DNA of 64,000 nucleotides, from positions 62,001-126,000 of the forward strand of contig NIVC01001838.1 in the NCBI GenBank assembly GCA_002269645.1. Reading direction: 5' to 3'. The position numbers and the translations under genes were made by a program. Positions 39,620 to 49,860 of the stretch are shown here, piece by piece; the first letter of the stretch is position 1; each line of letters starts with the position of its first letter. The stretch comes from Macrostomum lignano (Eukaryota). The notes under the pieces were generated by a model, which saw only the letters and a list, made by a program, of their open reading frames with translations, ran no database searches and had not been told where the DNA came from.

Positions 39620-40140
39620 TCTATCTAGGGATGTTTGCTTTTTATGGATTCTTGCTAACTGGGTGGATGCTTCTGCAATATCTGGGGGGTGCTTGGTATC
39701 TGCAGGATGCTTGCTGTCTGGGTGGATGCTTGCTATCTGGGGGATGCTTGCTGTCTGGGTGGATGCTTCTACAATATTTGGGGGATGCTTGCTATCTAGC
39801 TGGATGCTTCTACAATATTTGGGGGATGCTTGCTGTCTGCAGGATGCTTGCTATCTGCAGATGCTTGCTATTTGGGTGGATGCTTCTACAATATTTGGGA
39901 AATGCTTGCTGTCTGCAGGATGCTTGCTATCTGCAGATGCTTGCTATTTGGGTGGATGCTTCTACAATATTTGGGAAATGCTTGCTGTCTGCAGGATGCT
40001 TGCTGTCTGCAGGATGCTTGCTATCTGCAGATGCTTGCTATCTGGGTGGATGATTCTACAATATTTGGGGGATGCTTGTTATTTGCGGTTGCTTACTTTT
40101 GGAGGGGGTGCTTGCTATCTGCAGGGATGCTTGCTGTCTT
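39620..40140. repeat. Degenerate GATGCTTGCTATCTG repeats (a shorter version lies at ~34120-34230)
   Basis: Motif shared by the 3' regions of both Helitron-like elements. Confidence 0.85.
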
Positions 40141-40778
40141 GGGAATATTTTCTATTTAGGGGTAATGTCTGTTATCTTTGTGAAAGTTATATTTTGTTGT
40201 ATATTTGTTAATTTTAGAAAAAAATAGATTCATAGCAAATATCATTGTCTGTGACAATTTTACATGAATAAGGTGATTTTTAAAAGTTAAGAAGGAATTG
40301 GTGTTTAAGAAAATGTGCTTTTTTAATTGTTTTCCATTAACTATTTTTGCTCCGTGCTTATTGGGCGCCCCAAAGGGGGGCTGCACTAGATTGCTAGTAA
40401 TCATCTATAACTGGATTTAAATTAGCTTAGTAAATTAATTTTCTACATTAAATAATAAAACAATTTGAATCCAACTTAGTAAAAGAGATTGTAGTCACGA
40501 CGGTATTAAGATCGTATCTTATAACGCTCGTAAATGCAGCCTCCTTCATACTATGATAAGGCATTGAGACACAGTGCGTTCGGCGCGGGCGGTGACGCAA
40601 TGTACAGCAGCAAGTTGCGAAAATTACGAGTGTACTATTGTACTCGTGTGTGCACTAAGTGAGTCTTCACCCCCCCTGAGCTAAAAGCGTTAGTGAGCAA
40701 AGAATAATGAATATAAATTTTTACCGGATTTCTCGCCACTTAGCAGATTTCTCTGAAACTGTTTCACACGTCTCAGAA

Positions 40779-43700
40779 ATGTCTCAGCAATGGATAAAGA
40801 ATCTGTTTTTTGTCATCATATCGGCGGGCCTGATAGCCGCCCTGGCCCTGTTCGGCCTGTCAATCTGGGTTGTCAGCGTCGCTCACGGCCCGCTGTTCGA
40901 GCTGATGCAGCTGCTAATGCAGGACCTGTACCCGGAGGGCGGCTTGAAATTGTCAGGGGCTCCGCAAACTCTCCTTGTAGTGGGCGGAATCAACGTGGTT
41001 TTAAGCGTTTTCTCCATCGCTTGCGGGCTGCTCAGCTGGTACGAACGGAGGACCAACAAGGAGCGCGTGATTGTAAGTCATGATCTTGGGTCAGGTGAGC
41101 TAATTGTTTCAGGACAGAAAAATACTACCTTTTAGGGCTCGTATAGTTCCACTTTTGACTTGAAGCCTCACTAATATACGAAATGTTGGCAGCAGACAGG
41201 CAATGCCACGTGGTGTCTATGTCTGAAACCATGTTTCTGCTTCTTATACATGTAGAGTCTAACAAACAAACTGTATTGAGAAACCGAAAGTCCAAACCAC
41301 GGAGTATAGGACGTACCCAGAATGCACAACTGGCATTTCCTTGCGCTGAAAATTGAAACAAAAATGTCCTTCTTCCCTTCAGTTGCAACAGAAGAGTAAT
41401 TTATGTGCGAGTTCATGGCTACTACAGCTATCTGACTCGGCTGCAATCAGCTCAGCTCCAGTGGTTAATATGGAGATTCTTCTTTTTATGGTTTTTCAAC
41501 CAGAAATTAGTTTAAGCAGTATTTAGCATTTAGCATTAAGCTCTGAAGAGAGTATCTCAATAACTCTAATTAAGCACAATGTAAAGGTACAATCTGAGCT
41601 CGGGGAAATTTCGACCTTACGAAAGCGATCGTTGCTTAGAAACACTCGAATTGCATTTTCAATTTTGGTCAGTAATAACTCATGAAATCTTTAGAGTCCA
41701 ATACTGATGGCGCTGCCCAGCATTCTGGGCTTTGTCAGCATTGGCTTCATGGACAGCTTCGGCATCAGCCATGACGTAGGCGTCAACAGCGGGTTGATCA
41801 TGAGAACCAAGCTGATGATTCTGGACAGGAACTATTTTCAACCGCTGAGCCTGGCGCTGAAGCAGAACTCTACTACCGAGGCCAAAGTCACCATGATGAT
41901 TAACCACATGCAAGTGCAGGCAAGTTGGGGGTTCAATTATGTTAATTTTTTGTGGGTGGGTCTTCATTGAGGTTGGAGGGGACGATTTGGGAACCACCCA
42001 GGGGAGGTCAATGAAGGTCAGGTCAGAAGTATCATGCAAAATCCTTACCAAAATCTCAGAAAATTTGCAAGCGTATTTGCGTACATATTCCTCAGAAGTG
42101 AATTTAGAGTTTGATAAAACCGGTCGACAATGTAATACCTCAGCCAAGCAATTGTTGAACAATAAATTCATCCAGTTCGAATGCTGCGGAACAAACGGCT
42201 ACTGGGACATCACCGGCAACACCACCCTGTGGCACAAGTCCTCACCAACCTACAAGGGCATCCGGCAGGTGTTGCCAGTGAGTTGTTGCCCGATGCAGTC
42301 AAAGAGAGCTGGTCTGCTCAAGGACAGCAATTGGAACTCCGTTGGATCGTATTTGCTGGACCCCGAGTGTCCTAACACAGGCCGTTATCCGCACAGAAAG
42401 GTAATTAGAAACTATGCCAGTAAGCATTCTCACAGATTACGATTCATGCAGTAGTGAAATAGTTCTGCTTTTGTGTACAAATTTATCTGAAGAGACGACC
42501 CCAAAAACCTCTACACGCCCGTTGATCGGACAACCCGAGAAGGCCCGCGAAGCCAGCTCCCTATCCGGCCCTCGGGTTCTTTGAAACTTTACAATAGCCA
42601 TCTTTCAAATAGATCTCTTCTCTCCTCTTTTCTCTCCCATCTGGTCTGCAGCCTGGAGCTATAGCTAATTCTTTATCTGGCCTCGGGGTTGAAAATCATA
42701 GAGTTTGCCGGACCCTGATGCTGATCTACACACAGGCTCGCACAAGCTACGGTTATACTGTACCTGTATCTGGCAAGAAGGATTACTAAGTGTTAGGAAC
42801 CCATCCGCGGTCTGTAGTAATATTTCTGTGAAAAGCCTTGAGGCTTGGTTCGCTTGCATTGTAAGATCTTTCATCGGGAACGCGCAGGACCCATGCACTC
42901 AGCTCAGCGCTCGAAATGGATACAGATAGCAAAAGATAGCTAACAAAATAGATGGCGAGCCCACCGCCTCAAGGCGCAGGCAGACTCGCAGTGCAGCACG
43001 AAGAGCGAGCGCTTGGACAATAGCAGGTAAAGATCGAGTACAGCTGCTCGAGTTCGAGCTCGGCCCATTATAACCTCTACGCGTAACCAACCTCCCTCTG
43101 CGTAAGACTGCTTTGACAATAGATTCGCAGAGCAAAGCTATTCTCCTGCTCACAACAGTAATTGGCTCACGCCATCCAGCCCGAATTAATATTGTAGTTA
43201 ATACGTATTGTTGTTACTCTAAGCGGATAGCGGCAGGATGCGCCGTTCAAATCAGTCAGGAAAGCATTTTTTGGACAGACAGACGAAACCCGCTTTATTA
43301 GCTTTGATTGGGCAGGACTTTTTCATGTTAAGTTTTGTTAAGGTTATTGAATAAATACAACTAAATAATCAAATACATATAAATAAATTGTTTGCGTGCA
43401 GGAACGGAGAGTGTCATTCCTGCACGATGTCCATGTGTAAAACAGTGGAGATTTGGCCATAGATTATTTCATTCCTGCACGACTGCCTTCATTCCCGCAC
43501 GCTGGCTCAAATAAGAATGATATATTCCTGCACGGTCACGAGTGCGGGAATGACATCTGCACGAGTGCGCGCTAGCGCACGAGTGCACGATGTCCTTCAC
43601 GCACGAGTGAACGTGAAGGAATTCCATTGTCGGATGATTCATCGTGCAGGAATGCACAAAACCGTGCAGGAATGCATTTCTGCGCCTAATGCTTTTTCAG

Positions 43701-44685
43701 TGAGATTTTACCATAGACATCCATTCCTGCACGCAAAAGAGTGCAAGAATGCCATTCTTGCATGGAAAATCAGCCGACAATGAAACCCCGCCGCTGACAA
43801 TATTGTGTCCTCAAAAGGCGATGCCAACTTAAGCCATAGCGGAAGGTCGCTTCCCATAAGCCAAAAAAATCATATTGTCGAAGATAGCTAGTAAACTTCG
43901 CAGGACTTGAAACTTCACATCGTCGAAACTAGTTTAAGTTGTAAAGTTAACGGAATTGTGACTAGCAAGAGATTTAAACGGTCGAAAATGTGAAATTTGC
44001 GCTTGTGAAAATGTCTCTCTCTGAAACCGGCACTCTTTACAGGGTCTAGAGTTGGTTTGAGTAGATTACATGTATGACATTCAAAGTACACACATTAGAT
44101 CACCAACACTCAAGACTTGCTATCAAGTATATTTAATTTACTTCTATGGTCAACCTGTCACGGCAGCTTGTGCGCATCCCACAAGCAGCCGACGCGGTGT
44201 AAAAAGCGATATGCGACGCTCCAGTGCTTCAGGGAATCGAAATTTGACTGCTGTCATTTGCCTGTGCCCGTCGGAGTATGAAGTTCTTGCGCAGACTTTT
44301 GAAAGGATTATGAAATGGATGACACACATTGACTAACTGCATGCTTTGATTTAGATAAAAAACTGAGTGACAGTCAATGTACATTGTTGCCAGTGAAATC
44401 ATGAAAAATTCACGTTGTAACTAATGGCTTAAAAATTCTACAATCGCAGGGCTGCTACGATGCTCTGAAGAGAACGGCTGCCAAATACTATTATTCGATC
44501 CATACGTTCTCCATCTTCGTGACAAGTGTCAATGTGAGTATTTAAATTGTATTTGCCAATCAAATGATGTGCCAAGCATAGCTGCTAATGCAATATACGG
44601 CTGGTAGTAACAAGACCCAAGTTCCTCGGCATTTCAGATCATATGCTTCGTAATTTGGTTTGTTAAAAAAATGACGGCAACCTGA
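40779..44685 (+). CDS. Tetraspanin 4 (divergent, close paralog of TSP3); exons 40779-41072, 41695-41919, 42176-42400, 44450-44533, 44638-44685
   Basis: Exons align with TSP3; FECCG, PVSCC, DPECP, GCY; intron 2 has a GC donor (CAG|GCAAGT); open 291-aa frame. Confidence 0.9.
43625..43782. mobile_element. Small MITE-like element with CATTGTCGG(A/C)TGA inverted ends and internal CGTGCAGGAAT/ATTCCTGCACG motifs
   Basis: Ends match at 12 of 13 positions; a related partial copy lies in TSP3 intron 1 (~25980-26112); no clear TSD. Confidence 0.55.
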
Positions 44686-44842
44686 AAAAAAACGTATTCG
44701 ATGGCTGACTTGTTGCAGTTCCTTTGCAAATCTAAAAATCGAAATCTTTTTGTGTTAGCATGTACATTTAACGCCTTAACAACTATACCGGTATACTATT
44801 AATTTATTTTTTATCTATAATCCTTTAAGGACATGCAACTTC

Positions 44843-45055
44843 ACTGTTTTAGTGTTGAAAATCGTGAAATTTCCTATTTCCGTAGTGCATGTATTTTTCC
44901 GGTGAAACCTGCCTTTAAAACTATTTCTGAACGTAAAGCTTTATGAATATCGATAGAGCAATAAGAAAGGCACAACATATCAAAAGATGAGCACTGGATC
45001 TGCCTCCTATCAAAAGCAATAGCAATTTTTGTGCTGAAAAAATTAAAACCTTCTA
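44843..45055 (-). mobile_element. Partial inverted copy of the 28405-28945 MITE
   Basis: Reverse complement of ~28480-28685 (…GTGAAACCTGCCTTTAAAAC…CACTGGATCTGCCTCCTATC…). Confidence 0.75.
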
Positions 45056-45933
45056 TGTCTGCAAAATAAAAAAATATTAATTTAATTTCTGGTTTCATTA
45101 AAATACATATACAATGCAAGTTGTAAAAATGCTCAAAATTCCTTTATTATTCCATGTGCTTAAATTGGACTAAAACTGTAAAGCAGTAGCTGTCTCGTAT
45201 CACTAATTAAAGGATAAAAGCTATGGACCCACTATTTTGTCCACGACTATTTATATTTGAACGCTTTCCATGCATAAACTAGAAATTTCACAATCAACTG
45301 AAAACTGTTCTTAAAGAGCTTATCATGAGGTACTAAATTTTTAATGAGTCAAATTTTTCTAGCTTGTGAAAGTTTAAAACCTATGTGCTTTTATTTGATT
45401 ACTGTCTGTATAAGTACTAAGACTACGTAAACATACTTTAGACGCATGTTTTATGTGTTTTCTATTTACTATCACTAAACACGAGCTACATGTATTTGGA
45501 ATCGGATAAATTCAAAACAGTTTAACCACCGAAGTAGCTTAATAAAAACGATGAGCTGGTACATAACTCGCACGCGGTAAACCTGACGCTTCTTACGGGT
45601 ACTTCCTATCTTCCCAAGCATAAATGAGTCTTATTATTTTAATACGAGTATAACTCATTTATGAACTTGTGAAGTGGGATGTACTTCATTCAGTTCACTC
45701 ACTGGTACACGTGACTACATTTAAGCAAGGAAAAATACTATCTCTCCCGTTTATTCATTTATCTGTGGCCGTCTGAACGACTGAGAAACGAGTTTGAAGT
45801 CGTTCTGGCCATCGAGATTTTTGATGCGATAGCGATAGTTTGATGCTGTGTAAGCAATTTAATTACAACGCTTGCGCACGAAATAGCTAAAGACATTAGT
45901 GACTTTGCCAGTATTGACGACGATATAGCGAGA

Positions 45934-46196
45934 ATGGAGACACCCTCAAGCCCTCGCTTCGATTTTACGTCTGAAGAAGAGGTCATGGCTGTTGTCGATG
46001 GCTGTGTGCCAGAAGCTACTAAGAAGCTCGTGATGCTGGAGGCGCTCCGACAACTGGGACTACGACGGTTGCCATTGTTCTTGATGCTGGAGGCGCTCCG
46101 AAAACTGGGTCTAAGACGGTTTCTACTGCTCCTGTGAAGAAAATGCGAATCGAAGTTTCTAGAAATGATAACACCCTCGTGATCACTATGGAGTGA
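45934..46196 (+). mobile_element. Possible internally deleted Crypton-like (tyrosine recombinase DNA transposon) remnant
   Basis: PRFDFTSEEEVMAVVDGCVPEATKK resembles, from memory, the RF..SEEE….VP.NTKK N-terminus of Crypton/DUF3504 proteins. It abuts a second-frame tail ending KKMRIEVSRNDNTLVITME*. Not verified by search. Confidence 0.4.
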
Positions 46197-47631
46197 GAAA
46201 GACAAAAAGTGCTTTACTGTCATTGACTATCAGTCTATTAGCGTTAGTGTCAACCATAGTTGCTTTTTGTGGCCTTTTTGTTGTTGTTGTCAGTTCCAAA
46301 TAAATCGTTTCTTCGTCCGGGACAAATAAAAATTTCTTCGTCCCGGACAAATAAATGCTTCAACACTAGACCATAGACTTATTTGACCGGGACAAGTGGG
46401 GGATAAATGGTAAAAAGCCTCGCACTCATGACGGTATCAACGTTTATCAATGGAGAATGTCTATGGCGAAAAGACCATGCAGGCAGGCACGTAACTCAAT
46501 ACACGGCTCATCACACTGTCGTTAGGAAGAAGCAATCCTCCAAATGTTACGATGTTGCAATCAGTCGCGAGAGGCTAAGCTTGAGGGACAATTCAATGCA
46601 ACAGGCTTCTCAGCCTCTTGCAGTCATACTGCTTGCTCATAATTAATCCACTAGCGATTGAGTTCTGGATCAGTGGGAAACTTATGAAACTTTTTCCAGC
46701 TTGTACTTTTATCAAAATTAAAAATCAATTTACTCTCTCTGCAGATATCCATTTGCCTTTGGAGATTACCCATTTTTTACCCTGAAGTTCGATTCACCGC
46801 GCGAGACTGTCTGCCTTGAATTCTCCTTCGTCTCGACTCTCGACACTTAAAGTTCATGTCGACGTGTACAAGCTAAAAAGAAATAGACTCGTTTAATTAG
46901 TCTCAATTTAATTCTGTATTATACTCGATTCAGTGTTTTACTTGCAAAGTATATTTCAGAGTGGGCAGTACAATGACAAAACTGTGCACAAATAATGCGA
47001 TTTATAATGGGGTTTGCTCAGCTCCAAAATCATACAAATTACGCAGACTAACGATGATAAAACTACTCGTAACTTGACATTAAAGCAGGCACAAAATGCA
47101 AACTGAAGCCTACTTGAAAAATAAATTCAAAATTTTCTTGTTTAATTGAAGCCAGCTACGAATTAGGACTACCTACCTGCCTGTTGTTTAGAGCATTATT
47201 GACAGCAAATTACGAAATAGTTCAATTTCCCTAATAGTTCCCTGTCTGCCTACAATACAGGAGTTTGTAGGTGGTGTCTAGACAGGGCTTGCGCAAGTCG
47301 TATGTGATTTCACCCTCGCCTTGTATGATGGCGCATTGTCGTGTACAGGAATCGCATGTCATTCGTACCCTGGTAGTTGCTTTCTTTGCACCAATCTACA
47401 TGATCTATTTATGATCAAGGAAGGGTCCGCAATCATCAGACTGAAAACTCCAACCGGAGTTTGTGCGGAGAGGCTTTGCAAAGAAATTTCAATCTTATAA
47501 AACGACCGAATATTTAAGGAATATTTCAATGACGAAAGCCTAGCAGTAAAGTACTTGACTAAAATCAAGGCTTCAAGGCATCATAAATTGTCAGATGTCA
47601 GAATGCAATAGCACTGCTACTGTGCTGGTGA

Positions 47632-48153
47632 TCAAACCGGCTTGAAGTCCGGATCCTCCCTGGCGCACTTTAGCAAATAGTTAATCAGGTATTGGGACCT
47701 GACGCCCGGTTCAACTCGCGGCACCAGCGGCGGCAGCTGATTGTCCCGAATCTCCAGCACCTGCAGGCCGGCCGATCCGACCCGATGCAGCCGGGTGTAC
47801 GGCTTTGAGCTGCCAGCAAGACGGGGCACCAGCTCGTCGAACATCTTTCGCACTAGCTGCTGGTTCTCCAACCAGAAGAATGCCAGGTCGCGCATAGCCG
47901 GATTGTCCGGCCCGAGCAGCGTGGCTTTGTGCAGCAGCAGCTCAGAGTACTGCTGAGTGTTCACCGCCACAGGGCGATCGTTGAACTCTAATCGCTCCTT
48001 AGCAACCAGGGCGGAAACTGAGTCTCTGATTAGCAGCAGGCGGCCAAGTTGGCCGGTGCCAAAGCCCATTGGAGCGTCGATTCGCACCTGCTTTCTTGGA
48101 AAATTGAACCGCATCCTGGTAGCGGCAGATTTTGCTGCCGCAGTTGCAGACAT
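47632..48153 (-). CDS. MRPL17: Mitochondrial ribosomal protein L17 (bL17m), intronless
   Basis: GRLLLIRDSVSALVAKERLE, AMRDLAFFWLENQQLVRKMFDELVPR, PYTRLH, LEIRDNQLPPL and LINYLL match the bL17m pattern. Confidence 0.9.
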   Translation of the reverse strand: MSATAAAKSAATRMRFNFPRKQVRIDAPMGFGTGQLGRLLLIRDSVSALVAKERLEFNDRPVAVNTQQYSELLLHKATLLGPDNPAMRDLAFFWLENQQLVRKMFDELVPRLAGSSKPYTRLHRVGSAGLQVLEIRDNQLPPLVPRVEPGVRSQYLINYLLKCAREDPDFKPV

Positions 48154-48359
48154 GGTTGAAAGCTAAGACGGTTGCTTTGCTTCCGGGCCTGTTAATTTGT
48201 CTGGCAATGTCAGCTGGCTGCGGGCATGTTTGTCAGTGTTGGAGAAGGCTTTAATGACAGCAATGGATTGCTAATGTAGCCAGTTAGATGGTATACAGAT
48301 CTATACAGATCAGTAAGTCCGCTTATTGCATCCGCTACTAAGAATATTAGGACAAGCTA

Positions 48360-48640
48360 CTCAGGAAATTAGAGGATTGGACTACATAGGGAACTAAAGA
48401 GGCTTGGATTACCCAGGGAATTAGAGAGACTTGGACTACATAGGGAACTAAAGAGGCTTGGATTACCCAGGGAATTAGAGAGACTTGGACTACATAGGGA
48501 ACTAAAGAGGCTTGGATTACACAGGGAATTCGAGAGACTTGGACTACACAGGGAATTAAAGAGGCTTGGATTACACAGGGAATTAAAGAGGCTTGGATTA
48601 CACAGGGAATTCGAGAGGCTTGGATTATTCAGGGAATTTC
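48360..48640. repeat. ~26-bp degenerate tandem repeat (AGAGGCTTGGATTACACAGGGAATT…)
   Basis: Recurring GGCTTGGATTAC/GACTTGGACTAC. Confidence 0.85.
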
Positions 48641-49244
48641 TTAGGAAGAGTAGATAGCTTAGAGGATTAGAGAGCTAACTACCCAGGGAAAAGGAGATAC
48701 TTAGAAAACATTCATAATAAAAACACAAACTACTAGGATATATTTGACACTAGTTAAAAAGCTTAGAAAAATAGATAGGTGTAAATTATTTCAACTTGTA
48801 AGTTATAAAATGGATTAAGTATAAAAACAGTAGCAAACAGCACGAAGTTTTAACAAATTGACATGTCAAAATTAACTATTAACCAATAAAAAACAATGCT
48901 AAAGACTTTGTTTGTACAAAAAATAGAATATGACTAAGTTGTCAACTGAAATTTGAGATACAACTGGCACAAAGTGACGCACCGCATTTAAAATTAGCTG
49001 CCAGAGCGAGTTAAACAATTTTATAATTGTGTATATTGTTAAGACACGACAAAAATATTATAAGATTAATCGAATAAGTAAAACACGTTAAAGAAAAACA
49101 GACAAGGAATTGGATAACAAAATTCGCCGCATCAGTCACATGGAGGAAGGAATAACATGGCCTGTGCTAGTCTGAGTCAGGTAGTCTTGCTTTGAGTGTT
49201 TTATCCATTTCTAGCATCCTTGTTCCGTTCCCGTTCAATGCATT

Positions 49245-49510
49245 GTCAGCTGACTGCCATAGACAATTGCATTCTATTATCAGCTGATTGCCATAGACAA
49301 TTGCATTATATTGTCAGCTGATTGCCATAGACAATTGCATTCTATTGTCAGCTGATTGCCATAGACAATTGCATTCTATTATCAGCTGACTGCCATAGAC
49401 AATTGCATTCTATTATCAGCTGATTGCCATAGACAATTGCATTCTATTATCAGCTGATTGCCATAGACAATTGCATTCTATTATCAGCTGATTGCCATAG
49501 ACAATTGCAT
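49245..49510. repeat. 34-bp minisatellite (CAGCTGATTGCCATAGACAATTGCATTCTATTAT)n
   Basis: About 8 copies. Confidence 0.93.
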
Positions 49511-49860
49511 TCGAGTGCTAGGTGATATAATAGAATTCCATTCTATTAAGAACTAATTAACATAGACAAACGGTTTTTTAAAACGAGTCTCGGTTTGAGT
49601 CTCGGTATAAAGATAAAGAAAGCAGAGCTTATTATGTTAAGCAAAGTTTACACACAATATTTGGTTTCCATGGAATTCCTTTCCCATGACCAGTTACGGA
49701 CCAGTTAGATAACACAAAACAAAATGGATGATAATACGATCAAATACAAGAATTACCTAATAAATAAAGAATCCCAAATCCTAAAAAGTCACGGACTGGG
49801 GAGAAAAATTGTTGATGCTATTTAAAAAAGGATGTCATTTAGCACTATAATGTGATGAAG

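Larger units (their letters stand above)
34379..40397 (+). mobile_element. Non-autonomous Helitron-like element 2, fused head-to-tail to element 1
   Basis: Starts TCCATATACTAAAAATG immediately after the CTAG of element 1; (TG)n near the 5' end; hairpin GCCCCAAAGGGGGGC at ~40367-40381; CTAG at 40394-40397 followed by T. Confidence 0.72.

Noticed and set aside
35075-39628. LDKPRITA and LLHLINQG repeat proteins (LRR-like look)
   Set aside because: Translations of a 24-bp satellite, broken by stops, inside a non-coding element
46371-46466. 96-bp element bounded by CCATAGAC/GTCTATGG
   Set aside because: Only an 8-bp inverted match with no TSD; the motif is common in the window
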